Shown piece after piece: positions 8,654 to 18,152 of a DNA stretch of 64,000 nt; position 1 is the first letter of the stretch; every line of letters begins with the position of its first letter. A program made the position numbers and the translations under genes. The stretch is from an uncultured Thermoleophilia bacterium (GTDB taxonomy: Bacteria > Actinomycetota > Thermoleophilia > UBA2241). The notes under the pieces are model-generated. The model had not been told where the DNA came from. It searched no databases and saw only the letters and a program-made list of their open reading frames with translations. The stretch lies in contig CAVOMB010000101.1 of NCBI GenBank assembly GCA_963696935.1, positions 13,020 to 77,019 on the forward strand. Direction: 5' to 3'.

Positions 8654-10810
8654 CTAGCAGAACAACTGGTTCAGTCGCGCCTCTCGCGGCGCACCCTGCA
8701 GGCCCTCGGAGAAGGCCAGGTTCGCGCGGGCGTTCAATGCGAGGTACGGGTCACGCTCCTCTGACACTGTCTCAATTGCTTCCCCGGTGGCATCCATGGA
8801 GGCCTGGACCAGTCCCTCTCGCCTAAGCGCGGTCCCTTCGTGCGTCAGCACGGAGCAAAGAACCATCTGATCAAGCTCGTCAGCCCGCGACAGAAGGAGA
8901 GTGAGGCGCTTCCTGGCGCATGCGAACTTGCCCACGGACGCTTCGAGGAGCGCCATGTTATCTTCAACCATCGACGACGCGATGACCTGTCCGAAGTCCG
9001 CTGCCACCTCCAGCGCCCTCTCGAGTCGGATGCCTGCTTGGTCGAATTCACCCAGCGCCAGTTCGACCAAACCGTGGGTATTCAGCACGCTAATCTGTTG
9101 CGCGCTGGTTTGATGGCGGTCTTGGCACCGCTCTATCAGCAGTCGAGCGGAGTGGATGTCCCCTTGGTAGAAGGCAGCGTGTGCACGGAGGGCTTGCGCG
9201 CGTGTGACATCCTGGGCTTTGGCTCGAGGCAGCAACTCAGCAGCTTTGGCTGATGCTGCCTCCACTTCATCCCAGCGCCGCATGTCGAGAGCAGCAGATG
9301 ACAGACTCAGCAGAGTGTGCACGCGCTCTGCGTCTGTGGCCGCGAGTTCCAGAGCGCGAGAGCTGGTGGCCATGCTCGCTGCGCAGTCACCGGACCAGAA
9401 CTCGGCCCACTCCTTGACGGACAGTGCCTGGTAGAGGCCGCGGTCGTCACCAGCGCGTTCAAGCGCCGCGCCGGCCAGCTCCAGATCCTCGAGAGCCGCG
9501 CCAAAACGGCTGTCCCTTGTGGCGACGACCGCTCGGACTACCAGGGCCCAAGGCTCGCCTGACTCAGTGCATGGCTCCATGCGCTCCGCCCACGTCTTCA
9601 GTCTTTCCGACGGGCAGCGCTCGAGTTCCGCCTCGCCGCCCCGAGCGATCACGCCCAGGGCGAGGTCGAGCTCGTTCGCGTTTAGGAGCAACTCGATAGC
9701 GCCGGGGAGGTCACCACAGTCTTCCAAGGCGACGGCGGTCCGTCGCTGGAGCGCCCGGAACGCTGCCTCGCCTTCGTCCTGGACGAAGCGCTGGACCAGG
9801 AAATCGCGGAGGAGGTTGTGGTAGCGGAACGCGCCTCTTCGCTCGGTATCGAACGTGAAGACGTGGTTCTTGGCGAGGAAGTTCAGGTGTCGCGAGGCGC
9901 GGCCGGAATTCGTGAGCGGCTCAGCCAGTTCCACCGTGACGTGCTCCAGGCAGCACGTGCCGAGCAGGAAGAGCTGCACTTCGTCCGTCTGGCGCTGGAA
10001 GACCTGTTCGGCGAGATAGGAGAAGACGTCACCCCGCAGCCGCGGGTCGCTCAGTACGTCCTGGAGAGAGCTGACGTCGAGCCACGTCAGCGCCATCCCT
10101 GCGAGCACCACGCTCGCCGGCCAACCTTCGGTCAGATCCAGGACGCGTTGAACGTGGCCGGGGTCGTAGCTCCGCCCGGATCTGCGTGTGAGCACTTCGG
10201 CGACCTGCCCAGCGTCGAACACGAGCAGGTCGCGTTGCAGGCGAGCGACCTCTCCCGCCAGGTGCAGTTTCTCCAGGCGGAAAGCCGGCTCGTAGCGTGT
10301 GAGGACGACGAAGTGGAGGGTCCCGGGGCAATTCTCGAGGAGGTAGCCGAGAACGTTGTTCATGGCGGCGGAGTCCATGGCCTCGTGATAGTCGTCGAGG
10401 ACGAGGTGCAGGTCGGCGACAAGCTGCTGGTCAGCCTCGGAGCAGAATCTGGCGGCGAGCACCTCGATGGGGGCGTCCGCGACCGGGCTCGCCTCGAGCT
10501 CTCGGAGCAGGGCGGCTCCGAACTCGGGGTGTACTCGCCGCAACGCCCGGATCATGGAGGCGAGGAACGTGATCGGATCGTGGTCGAGGATGTCGAGCTT
10601 GTACCACGCTGCCGTCATGCTGCAGCGGTCGAGTGCGGCGGCAGTCATGGTGGTCTTGCCGTACCCGGCAGGAGCGCAGACGACGGAGAGCCGGTGCTCG
10701 AACGCCGTAGCGAACGCGGCGAGCGAGTCCGGCCGCAGGCTGACGTGGTCGAACCTGGGCCGCAGGTGCTTGGCCTCGATCGCCACAGGTTTCGCCGATT
10801 CGTTTGGCAT
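8654..10810 (-). CDS. LAL/MalT-like large ATP-binding transcriptional regulator (AAA-type NTPase + helical/TPR-like region)
   Basis: 718 aa with a Walker A motif ..VCAPAGYGKTT.. near the N-terminus and a long helical repeat region. No in-frame DNA-binding domain; the LuxR HTH is in the next ORF. Confidence 0.75.
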   Translation of the reverse strand: MPNESAKPVAIEAKHLRPRFDHVSLRPDSLAAFATAFEHRLSVVCAPAGYGKTTMTAAALDRCSMTAAWYKLDILDHDPITFLASMIRALRRVHPEFGAALLRELEASPVADAPIEVLAARFCSEADQQLVADLHLVLDDYHEAMDSAAMNNVLGYLLENCPGTLHFVVLTRYEPAFRLEKLHLAGEVARLQRDLLVFDAGQVAEVLTRRSGRSYDPGHVQRVLDLTEGWPASVVLAGMALTWLDVSSLQDVLSDPRLRGDVFSYLAEQVFQRQTDEVQLFLLGTCCLEHVTVELAEPLTNSGRASRHLNFLAKNHVFTFDTERRGAFRYHNLLRDFLVQRFVQDEGEAAFRALQRRTAVALEDCGDLPGAIELLLNANELDLALGVIARGGEAELERCPSERLKTWAERMEPCTESGEPWALVVRAVVATRDSRFGAALEDLELAGAALERAGDDRGLYQALSVKEWAEFWSGDCAASMATSSRALELAATDAERVHTLLSLSSAALDMRRWDEVEAASAKAAELLPRAKAQDVTRAQALRAHAAFYQGDIHSARLLIERCQDRHQTSAQQISVLNTHGLVELALGEFDQAGIRLERALEVAADFGQVIASSMVEDNMALLEASVGKFACARKRLTLLLSRADELDQMVLCSVLTHEGTALRREGLVQASMDATGEAIETVSEERDPYLALNARANLAFSEGLQGAPREARLNQLFC

Positions 10811-10940
10811 GCGCGTCCCTTGTGGACCCTCGTGAAGCCAGGTCGCGCCAAGGACGACTACTATAGCAACGATACCGTCGTCGGTGCACTCGATCGCCGG
10901 GGTTCCGGGTGGACAATCAGTCCGCGTACGCGACGCGGGG

Positions 10941-10979
10941 GCCGGGAGCCGCTGGATCTCAGGGGATGCGGCTCCCGGC
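10941..10979 (-). terminator. GC-rich 12-bp-stem hairpin downstream of the hsp20 gene (possible I-shaped terminator without U-tract)
   Basis: GCCGGGAGCCGC-N15-GCGGCTCCCGGC sits 50 nt past the Hsp20 stop. There is no flanking T/A tract. Confidence 0.3.
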
Positions 10980-11028
10980 CTCCGCTGTCAGCTCCGCCGG
11001 GGGGACGGCTTTGGTGCGGTGGTCCGTG

Positions 11029-11421
11029 TCAGACGGCCACCGGCATGCACTCGGGGACGGCGTCGGCGTGGTCGGCCTCGCCGGTAAGCGGCGGGACGGT
11101 GACGAAGAGGACGCCGTTGGTGTACTCGGTCTCGATGGTGCTCAGGGCCACCGGCGCCGGCATGCCGACGTCGCAGGCCAAGTTCATGGTGCGGTCGCTG
11201 CGGCCGCGGATCTCCAGCTTCTCGCCGTTGGCGCAGAGGTCCACGTCGCCGGACTCGAGGCCGTCGACCTTGACGGTCAGAACGATGCCCTCAGGCGTGA
11301 GGTGCGCGTCGACCGGCTGCTTGCCGTGGGCGGAGGTGGTGGGGCGGAACTTCCACATCCGGCCGGTGTGGTCGAAGGTAAGATTCAGGTCGTTCTCGGT
11401 GGTGAGAGTCTGTGTGTTCAC
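11029..11421 (-). CDS. Hsp20/alpha-crystallin family small heat-shock protein
   Basis: 130 aa with ..GVLFVTVP.. and an alpha-crystallin-domain-like beta-rich core. GTG start. Confidence 0.85.
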   Translation of the reverse strand: MNTQTLTTENDLNLTFDHTGRMWKFRPTTSAHGKQPVDAHLTPEGIVLTVKVDGLESGDVDLCANGEKLEIRGRSDRTMNLACDVGMPAPVALSTIETEYTNGVLFVTVPPLTGEADHADAVPECMPVAV

Positions 11422-11592
11422 TGGTGTTCTCCCTCTGTGACGCTGCCGGCGGATGTTCGCCGGAGTTCATTCTTCGTTCGTTGCAGTGATAATCTACCCC
11501 CACCCGCAGGGTATGTATGGCACTCCGGAGCACACTCTTTAGCTTGGAGGTGGTCAGGTGCACACCATGATCCGCATACGCGTGAGAAGGCC

Positions 11593-13281
11593 GTGAGCGC
11601 CGTCAGGGACGAGCAGGCCGGAGCCCTCACCGTCCGCGAGCTCCTGGAGCACTCCGGGCTGGGCCTGGGCTGTGTGACCGGCGAGGTGGGGCTGGGCCGC
11701 ACCATAAAGGGGGTCCACTTCTCGGACGCCGACGACCCGATCCCGTACCTGACCAGCCAGAGCGTGCTCATCAACTCGGCGCGCGCCTGGTACCAGGACC
11801 CGGAGCAGGGCGTGTGGCTGGTGGACAGGCTGGCGACCATCGACACGGCGGCTCTGGTCGTCTCGCTCGGGCACTTCCTTGACGAGGTGCCCGAGCCCGT
11901 GGTGCAGCAGGCCCTGGAGCTCAAGCTGCCGGTGCTCACCATGCCGGCCGGCGGCAAGGCGCGCGAGGTGCTTGCCTACGTCTACCACGCGCTCTCCTCC
12001 GTCGACCTGCACCGCCTGCGCCGCACCGTGGCCATGCAGAACGACCTGCTGGACCTGCTGCTGGCCGAGGCCGGCGCGGACGAGTTGATCGACAAGGTCT
12101 CGTCCCTCATCGGGATGCCCATGATGCTGCTGGACGGCGCCGGCAACGTGACATACACACGCGGCTGCAAGGACCCGCAGCGGCGGGCGGTGCAGATCTG
12201 GGAGGCGTGGGGCCAGCTGACCGACGCCAACGCCCTCGGCATCATCGAGATCGCCGACTCGCGCTACCTGTGCCGCGAGGTGCTGCTGTACGGCAAGGTG
12301 GAGCGGCTCGTCGTGGCGCAGGCGTCGCCTGCGGAGAGCTCGGTGTTCGCCGACATGGCACTGAGCTTCCTGCAGCGGCTCATCGCGCTGGACCTGCTCA
12401 AGCGCCGCGACGAGATCGTGGCCACGCGGCGCCTGCGCCGCCGGCTGCTGCGCGACCTGCTGACCGGGGCCGGGACGCCGGAGGAGCTCACGGCGCTCGT
12501 CGCGGAGCACGGCGTGCACCTCGACCGGCCGTGGCGGGTGGCCATCTGCGAGTTCGGCATGGGCCGCAGCAGCGGCCGCAGCGCCGACGAGCTCGAGGAC
12601 ATCATGGTCGAGGCGGTCGATACGTACTGCGGCGACCGCCTCATCGCGTTCCTCAGCCGGCCGCAGGGCACGGACGTCGCCGTCCTGCTGCCGGACGGCT
12701 ACGCGTCCGTCGGCGACGGCGGGGCCCGCGACCTGCTGCTCGGCCTCAAGAACTTCTGCGTCGCCGAGCCGTATCGGGTCCGGCTGGCCATCGGGTCCTC
12801 GGCTGCCCACAGTGAAGCCGGCGCCGGGCCGAAGGCCCTCCAGGAGGCCAAGGACGCCGTACAGCTCGCCGTCCGCGGCGCCGACGCCGAGAGCCTCGTC
12901 CTCTTCGAGGAGCTGAGCTCGCGGTTCCGCCTGCTCCAGGGTCAGAGTCCCGATGCGCTGGTCGACATCGCCCGGCGCACCGTCGTCCCGCTGCTCGAGT
13001 ACGACGCGCGCCGGCACACCCATCTCATGGAGACGCTTCGCACGCTGCTCGACAACCACTTCGCCGTGCAGCCGACGGCCGAGGCGCTGTACATCCACCG
13101 CAACACGCTGCAGAAGCGGCTGCGCCGCATCGAATCCCTGCTGGACGTGGACCTCACCAACATCGACGACATGATGGAGCTGTACCTGGGGCTGCGCGCG
13201 CTGCAGCTGATCGGCGAGGCCAAGGCGCTGGGGACGGGCCCCGGGCGGCCGCCGCGGAACGCCGTCAGTCTGGAGGAGTGA
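11593..13281 (+). CDS. PucR-family transcriptional regulator
   Basis: C-terminal PucR-type HTH ..ALYIHRNTLQKRLRRIESLL.. plus N-terminal purine-catabolism-regulator-like and GGDEF-like middle regions. The track ORF extends to 10909 but overlaps the divergent hsp20. I place the start at GTG 11593, after the lower-GC intergenic promoter region. Confidence 0.75.
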   Translation: MSAVRDEQAGALTVRELLEHSGLGLGCVTGEVGLGRTIKGVHFSDADDPIPYLTSQSVLINSARAWYQDPEQGVWLVDRLATIDTAALVVSLGHFLDEVPEPVVQQALELKLPVLTMPAGGKAREVLAYVYHALSSVDLHRLRRTVAMQNDLLDLLLAEAGADELIDKVSSLIGMPMMLLDGAGNVTYTRGCKDPQRRAVQIWEAWGQLTDANALGIIEIADSRYLCREVLLYGKVERLVVAQASPAESSVFADMALSFLQRLIALDLLKRRDEIVATRRLRRRLLRDLLTGAGTPEELTALVAEHGVHLDRPWRVAICEFGMGRSSGRSADELEDIMVEAVDTYCGDRLIAFLSRPQGTDVAVLLPDGYASVGDGGARDLLLGLKNFCVAEPYRVRLAIGSSAAHSEAGAGPKALQEAKDAVQLAVRGADAESLVLFEELSSRFRLLQGQSPDALVDIARRTVVPLLEYDARRHTHLMETLRTLLDNHFAVQPTAEALYIHRNTLQKRLRRIESLLDVDLTNIDDMMELYLGLRALQLIGEAKALGTGPGRPPRNAVSLEE

Positions 13282-13744
13282 GGGCGAGCTCGACGGCCTC
13301 GGCGGGCGTGGCCGCCCGCCGCACTCCGTCGAGCTCGCCGCCTTCCGGCGGCTGGATCTCCCACGTGTCCAGTAGGATCACGGGCTTGCCCACGTTGCGC
13401 GCCAGTGCGATCTCGCTGAGCGTGCCCCAGGCGCCGCCGACGGCGATGACGATGTCGCCGCTGGCCACCACGCTCAGGTTACGCGCGTAGCCCATCGCGC
13501 TGCAGACGGTGTACGTGAGGTCCGGAGCGGCGCGGTGCCGGTCGGCCTCCGGCAGGATGCCGATCGAGACGCCGCCCCTCTTCTTGACGCCGCGGGCCAC
13601 GGCGTCCATGACGCCGTCGCGGCCGCCGCAGACCACCACCAGGCCCCGCTGCGCGAGGAGCTCGCCGAGCTCCTCGGCCTTCGCGGCCAGCTCGGCGCTC
13701 GCCCTGCTCGCGCCGATGACGCTGACATAGCGGACTTCGATCAT
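13265..13744 (-). CDS. TIGR00725/LOG-family Rossmann-fold protein (putative nucleotide-binding / lysine-decarboxylase-like)
   Basis: MIEVRYVSVIGASRA..GLVVVCGGRDGVMDAVARG..IAVGGAWGTLSEIALA.. The ATG overlaps the upstream stop in an ATGA motif. Confidence 0.7.
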   Translation of the reverse strand: MIEVRYVSVIGASRASAELAAKAEELGELLAQRGLVVVCGGRDGVMDAVARGVKKRGGVSIGILPEADRHRAAPDLTYTVCSAMGYARNLSVVASGDIVIAVGGAWGTLSEIALARNVGKPVILLDTWEIQPPEGGELDGVRRAATPAEAVELALTPPD

Positions 13745-14062
13745 ACGTCTCCTCCTCGTGCCTCCGCCCCGGGTCGTCGCGCGTACATGAGGCGGACGAA
13801 CGGGACGAAGCCGCGCCGCTCGTAGAACCCGCGTGCCGCCTCGTTGCCGTCCATGCGCGCGACGAGGACGAACGAGCCTTCGTCGGCCAGCCGGCCCTCG
13901 TGCTGCCGCCGGCGCCGCCCCCCACGACTCGGGCTCGGGCCTCTGCGGCGCCACGCTCCACACCTCCGCGTGCCGGTCCAGCAGGGCGTGCCACAGGGGG
14001 CGAAGCTCGTCGAGCACCCCGGTGTCCGAGCGCTCGACCGTCACGGCGGTGCGCACGCTCAT
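13741..14062 (-). pseudogene. Degenerate GNAT acetyltransferase paralog (internal deletion plus +1 frameshift in a C6 run at 13918-13923)
   Basis: N-terminus MSVRTAVTVERSDTGVLDELRPLWHALLDRHAEVWSVAPQRPEPESW parallels the adjacent GNAT. After removing one C, the frame reads ..RLADEGSFVLVARMDGNEAARGFYERRGFVPF.., a GNAT C-terminal motif. About 70 aa of the acetyl-CoA-binding core are missing. Confidence 0.45.
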
Positions 14063-14643
14063 CGGGCGTCCGCGTCCGGGCCGGGCGGCGCGAAGCGGCC
14101 GCGCCCGGCCTGCCGGTCCTCCTCCGCGCGCCGCAGGCATGCCCACGGCTTGCGTCCCGGCGAGCCGTAGAAGATCTGGAAGTCCGGCCTGTAGCCGCGA
14201 CTCTCGTACAGGTGGGCCGCGACCTTGTTGCCGGTGTCCACACCGATGGTCACGTCCTCGATGCCGCGGCGTTCGAGCTCGGCATCTACGGCGTCCATGA
14301 GCGCGGAGCCGACTCCGTCACCGCGCTCCGCCTCGTCCACGCACAGGGTCGCCAGCAGCGCGTGCTTGTCGCCTGTGTACCAGACGGGGTCAGGCCGTGC
14401 CTCGACGCACACGAACGCGTAGCCCACGACCCGGCCGTCCTTGCCCGCCGTCAGTACGAACGACTCTGCGGCCAGCTCCTCGAGCATCTCCGCGCGCTCG
14501 AGCGCCCACGACTCCTCCGACGGCCGCACGGGGACGAGCGCATCCGGCAGCGCCGCGATGTGGTCCATGAGCTGCTTCCACAGAGGCGCCACGAGGTCGA
14601 TGTCGGACGGTTCGAGGATCTCGATGGTGAGCTGGTCGCACAT
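14059..14643 (-). CDS. GNAT family N-acetyltransferase
   Basis: MCDQLTIEILEPSDIDLVAPLW... with acetyl-CoA-binding motif ..RGDGVGSALMDAVDAELERRG.. and ..HLYESRGYRP... ATG at 14643. Confidence 0.8.
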   Translation of the reverse strand: MCDQLTIEILEPSDIDLVAPLWKQLMDHIAALPDALVPVRPSEESWALERAEMLEELAAESFVLTAGKDGRVVGYAFVCVEARPDPVWYTGDKHALLATLCVDEAERGDGVGSALMDAVDAELERRGIEDVTIGVDTGNKVAAHLYESRGYRPDFQIFYGSPGRKPWACLRRAEEDRQAGRGRFAPPGPDADAR

Positions 14644-14912
14644 GCTTGTCTCCGGGCGCGGACCCGGCGAGCCTATCGTGCCGGCGAGCGGCTGCACCAC
14701 CACCAGGAACGGCCGGGGAGGCTATCCTTCATGCTCAACTTGAGGGTGACTCTTGCCAGGGAACGCGCGGGTTGCCGGCTCACATCCTGGTTTGTGCAAG
14801 GAGGATTAGAGGTCGGCGGTCCTGCTTCACCACCGGCCTGGCCGACCCAACGGAGGTGGCCACGTTGCCGGCGATGTCCGTGGCCAGCACGCGCCAGGTG
14901 TGCGTGCCCTTC

Positions 14913-17216
14913 TCAGCCGAGGAGTGCGGCGAGCAGCCGGACCGCGCCCGGCTTGCTGAGAGGCTCGTTGAGGTTGCCGCACTTGGGGCTCTGCACGCAG
15001 CTGGGGCAGCCGCTCTCGCACGGGCACTCGGCGACCAGCGTGCGCGCGGCGGCCACCAGGTCCTCGAAGGCCTCGTAGCCCCGGCGCGACAGGCCGATGC
15101 CGCCGGGGTACCCGTCGTACACGAAGATGCTCGCCGTGTCGGTCTGCCAGTGCCACGGCGTGCTGAGGCCGCCGATGTCCCAGCGGTCGCACATCGCGTA
15201 GAGCGGCAGCAGCGCGATGAGCGCGTGCTCGGCGGCGTGGATGGCGCCGGGCGCCGCCAGGTCGTCGGTCTCGGTGAGGCCGGTCAAGGCGGCGTCCAGC
15301 ACGGGCTGTGGTACCGCCACCCAGAACGCCTGCGTGGTGAACGTCTGCTCGGGCAGGTCAAGGGTGGTCGTGTCGATGATGTGCCCGTCGGTCATGTCGC
15401 GCCGCTGGTAAGCGATCACCTGCTCGGTGACCTCCAGGTCGCCGGCGAAGAGGGCGGCGCCGGGCAGCTCGCGCGTGTCCGCCTGCCCGGCGATCAGCAC
15501 GTTCTTGTCGGTCTTGGGCTGCGTGTAGTAGCTGCCGTCGAAGTCGTCGACCATGACCGTGCGCGTCTCCAGGTCGAGGTGCTGGACCAGATAGCTCTTG
15601 CCCAGGTGCAGGTACACCGCGCCGGGGTGACAGAAGCGGAACACGCGCTCGCGCTCGACGGTGCCGATGACCTCGCCCTGGCGACTCTCGACGATGGCGA
15701 ACTGCTCGTTGCTCGCGGTGCGCAGGCCGATGCGGGCGGCGGGGGAGTAGGGGTGTGACCAGACCAGACCGTCCTTGCGCCGCCTCAGCCGTCCGCCCTG
15801 CGCCAGCCGCTCCGCCTGGAGTATGCCGGCCTCGCCGAAGTAGGTCTCGTCGGCTGGCGTCAGCGGGCGCTCGTACGCGGCGGCCTCGAGGTGCGGCCCG
15901 CTGATGTGCGGGTTGTGCAGGTCGATGATCGCCTCCTCGACGCCGCGCCCCAGGAGGCGGTCAGGCTCGCGCATGAAGTACTGGTCGAGCGCGTCCTGGC
16001 CGGCCACCAGCACGGCGTAGCCGCGCCCGGACCGGCCGGCCCGTCCCCACCGCTGCCGCAGGCTGGTCACCGTGCCGGGGAATCCGGTGACGAGTGCGAC
16101 GTCAAGGCTGCCGACGTCGATGCCGAGCTCGAGCGCCTGCGTGGCGATCACGGCGTCGAGCTCGTGGTCGAACAGCCGCCGCTCGATGTCGCGCCGCTGC
16201 TCCGGCGTGTAGCCGGCGCGGTAAGGCTGCACCCTGCCGGCTTCGCCGCGCCGGCCGCGATCCTCCAGCCGGCGGCGTACGTGGCCGTAGATGAGCTCCG
16301 CCGCCTTGCGCGTGGGCGCGAAGGCGATCACCCTCGCGCCGGCGAGCACGCTCTCCGCCGTGATGTAGCTCGCCTCCGCGAGCGCGCTCCTGCGCACGCC
16401 GGAGGCGGGGTCCTCCAGCGGCGGGTTCCAGAGCACCACCGTCCGCTCCTGCCGCGGCGCCTGGTCCTCGTCCACCACCGCGAACGGCGTGCCGACCAGG
16501 CGCTCCGCGAACGCCTCGGGGTTGCCGATGGTCGCCGAGGTCAGCACGAAGCGGGGGTCGGCGCCGTACTGCGCGCAGAGCCGCCGCAGGCGGCGGACTA
16601 CCTGGGCGACGTGGCTGCCGAAGACGCCCCGGTACACGTGGGCCTCGTCGAGCACCACGTAGCGGAGCTGGTGCAGGAACTCGGCCCAGCGCTCATGCCC
16701 CGGGAGGATCCCGATGTGCAGCATGTCCGGGTTGGTGAGGAGGATCGTCGCGGTGCGCCGCAGCAGCGGGCGCTGGTCCTGCGGCGTGTCGCCGTCGTAG
16801 ATGGCCGGGATGACCCCCGGCACGTGGAAGTCGTTGAGCTTGCGCGCCTGGTCCTGAGCCAGAGCCTTGGTGGGGAAGAGGAACAAGGCGCGCGCCTGTG
16901 GCTCGCGGGCGAAAGCCTCGAGGACGGCGAGCTGGTAGCAGAGGCTCTTGCCGCTCGCCGTGCCCGTGCTCACGACGACGTCGTGTCCGGCCGCCAGGAG
17001 GTCGCGTGCGGCGGCCTGGTGGCCGTAGAGGGTGGTGACGCCGGCCGCGGTGAGCGCTTCGCGCAGCGCGGCCGGCAGGTCCTTCGGGAGGCCGGCGGTG
17101 CGGCCGCGCCGCGCCGCCTCGTGCGCCACTGCGACCACCTGTTCGTGTCCGCCGCCCGTGAAGAGAGCCTGCAGAGCGCGGGCGGCGGCGGGGGTCATGC
17201 CGGCATCGTGATCCAC
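14913..17216 (-). CDS. DEAD/DEAH-box helicase of the MrfA/YprA (Lhr-like) family with C-terminal DUF1998 Cys4 domain
   Basis: 767 aa with Walker A ..TGTASGKSLCY.., DEAH (..VVLDEAHVY..), helicase C motifs and C-terminal ..CPCESGCPSCVQSPKCGN... Confidence 0.85.
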   Translation of the reverse strand: MDHDAGMTPAAARALQALFTGGGHEQVVAVAHEAARRGRTAGLPKDLPAALREALTAAGVTTLYGHQAAARDLLAAGHDVVVSTGTASGKSLCYQLAVLEAFAREPQARALFLFPTKALAQDQARKLNDFHVPGVIPAIYDGDTPQDQRPLLRRTATILLTNPDMLHIGILPGHERWAEFLHQLRYVVLDEAHVYRGVFGSHVAQVVRRLRRLCAQYGADPRFVLTSATIGNPEAFAERLVGTPFAVVDEDQAPRQERTVVLWNPPLEDPASGVRRSALAEASYITAESVLAGARVIAFAPTRKAAELIYGHVRRRLEDRGRRGEAGRVQPYRAGYTPEQRRDIERRLFDHELDAVIATQALELGIDVGSLDVALVTGFPGTVTSLRQRWGRAGRSGRGYAVLVAGQDALDQYFMREPDRLLGRGVEEAIIDLHNPHISGPHLEAAAYERPLTPADETYFGEAGILQAERLAQGGRLRRRKDGLVWSHPYSPAARIGLRTASNEQFAIVESRQGEVIGTVERERVFRFCHPGAVYLHLGKSYLVQHLDLETRTVMVDDFDGSYYTQPKTDKNVLIAGQADTRELPGAALFAGDLEVTEQVIAYQRRDMTDGHIIDTTTLDLPEQTFTTQAFWVAVPQPVLDAALTGLTETDDLAAPGAIHAAEHALIALLPLYAMCDRWDIGGLSTPWHWQTDTASIFVYDGYPGGIGLSRRGYEAFEDLVAAARTLVAECPCESGCPSCVQSPKCGNLNEPLSKPGAVRLLAALLG

Positions 17217-17312
17217 CCGGTCATCCTACTCCGCCGCCCGGCTGGACTCCGCAACGGCAGAAGGGGCGCTCTCGCGCCCCTCCGCGTGGCCCTCTTCTTG
17301 TATGCCTCCGGA

Positions 17313-17843
17313 CTACTGCGTGCGACGTCCCACGTCCATGGTGAACACCCACACGACACCGTCGACGCCCTGGTACCCGGACTTGGCCTTGTACGTGCCG
17401 ACCCCGAGATCGCGGAATCTCTTGGTCAGGATGACGGCCCGGTGTGCGGGGGAGTGCATCCATGAGTCCACGCAGGCCACGGGGCTCGAGTACAGCTGAG
17501 CGCCCCAGTAGATGTTCTCGCCGGCCTTCCAGTAGCTGTAGCCCTTGCGGCTGTAGCCGTAGCGCACGATGCGCGAGGACCAGCTTTCGCCCTGCGGGTT
17601 CTGCGAGTCGTGGCCGAAGTAGTCCGACCGGCCCATGTCGGCCGAGTGGCCCCGGGAGGAATCGACGAGCTTGGCGTTGAGGCGCAGCGCGCTCAGCCCG
17701 CGGTTGGTGCGTTCCTTGTTGATCAGGGAGAAGATCTGCTTCTCGTAGCGGCTGAGGTTCGTGGAAGCAAGTGCGGGCACCGCGAGGAAGAGGCTGCAGA
17801 CCACTACAGCCAGGATGATCAAGAGGCCCTTCGGCGACTTCAT
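17313..17843 (-). CDS. Secreted CAP/SCP-domain protein (PR-1-like)
   Basis: Signal/TM MKSPKGLLIILAVVVCSLFLAVPALA followed by CAP-domain motifs (..GHSADM.., ..HDSQNP.., ..HRAVIL..). Confidence 0.8.
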   Translation of the reverse strand: MKSPKGLLIILAVVVCSLFLAVPALASTNLSRYEKQIFSLINKERTNRGLSALRLNAKLVDSSRGHSADMGRSDYFGHDSQNPQGESWSSRIVRYGYSRKGYSYWKAGENIYWGAQLYSSPVACVDSWMHSPAHRAVILTKRFRDLGVGTYKAKSGYQGVDGVVWVFTMDVGRRTQ

Positions 17844-18152
17844 TGCTGGCTCACCCCCGAGCTGTGCCGGGTCTTCCTCTCTCACGGCGGATCGTCTGAC
17901 CGAACCCCTACGTCACGTGTATCGGCCGGCATGGGGAGGAGTTGAGAGGGTTCTGTTGTCGCTGAGGACAACAGGTGCTCAGGCACGGGGCGCCGGCGAA
18001 TCGGGGTGTGGTCTAGGCCATACGTCTACGGGCGTTGAGCATGCCTCCGGAGCGCTCGTGACGGGCTTGATGAGAGGTGTGAGGGGTGGTCGATCGGGGG
18101 TCGGATGTGGAGTCTGCGCCGGCGGCGCAGGAGAGGTCGAGTGGGCGGGGGG

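Noticed and set aside
10909-11592. N-terminal 227-aa extension of the PucR regulator ORF reported by the six-frame track
   Set aside because: It overlaps the divergent, well-supported hsp20 gene (11029-11421) and the lower-GC intergenic region. The conserved protein begins after GTG 11593.
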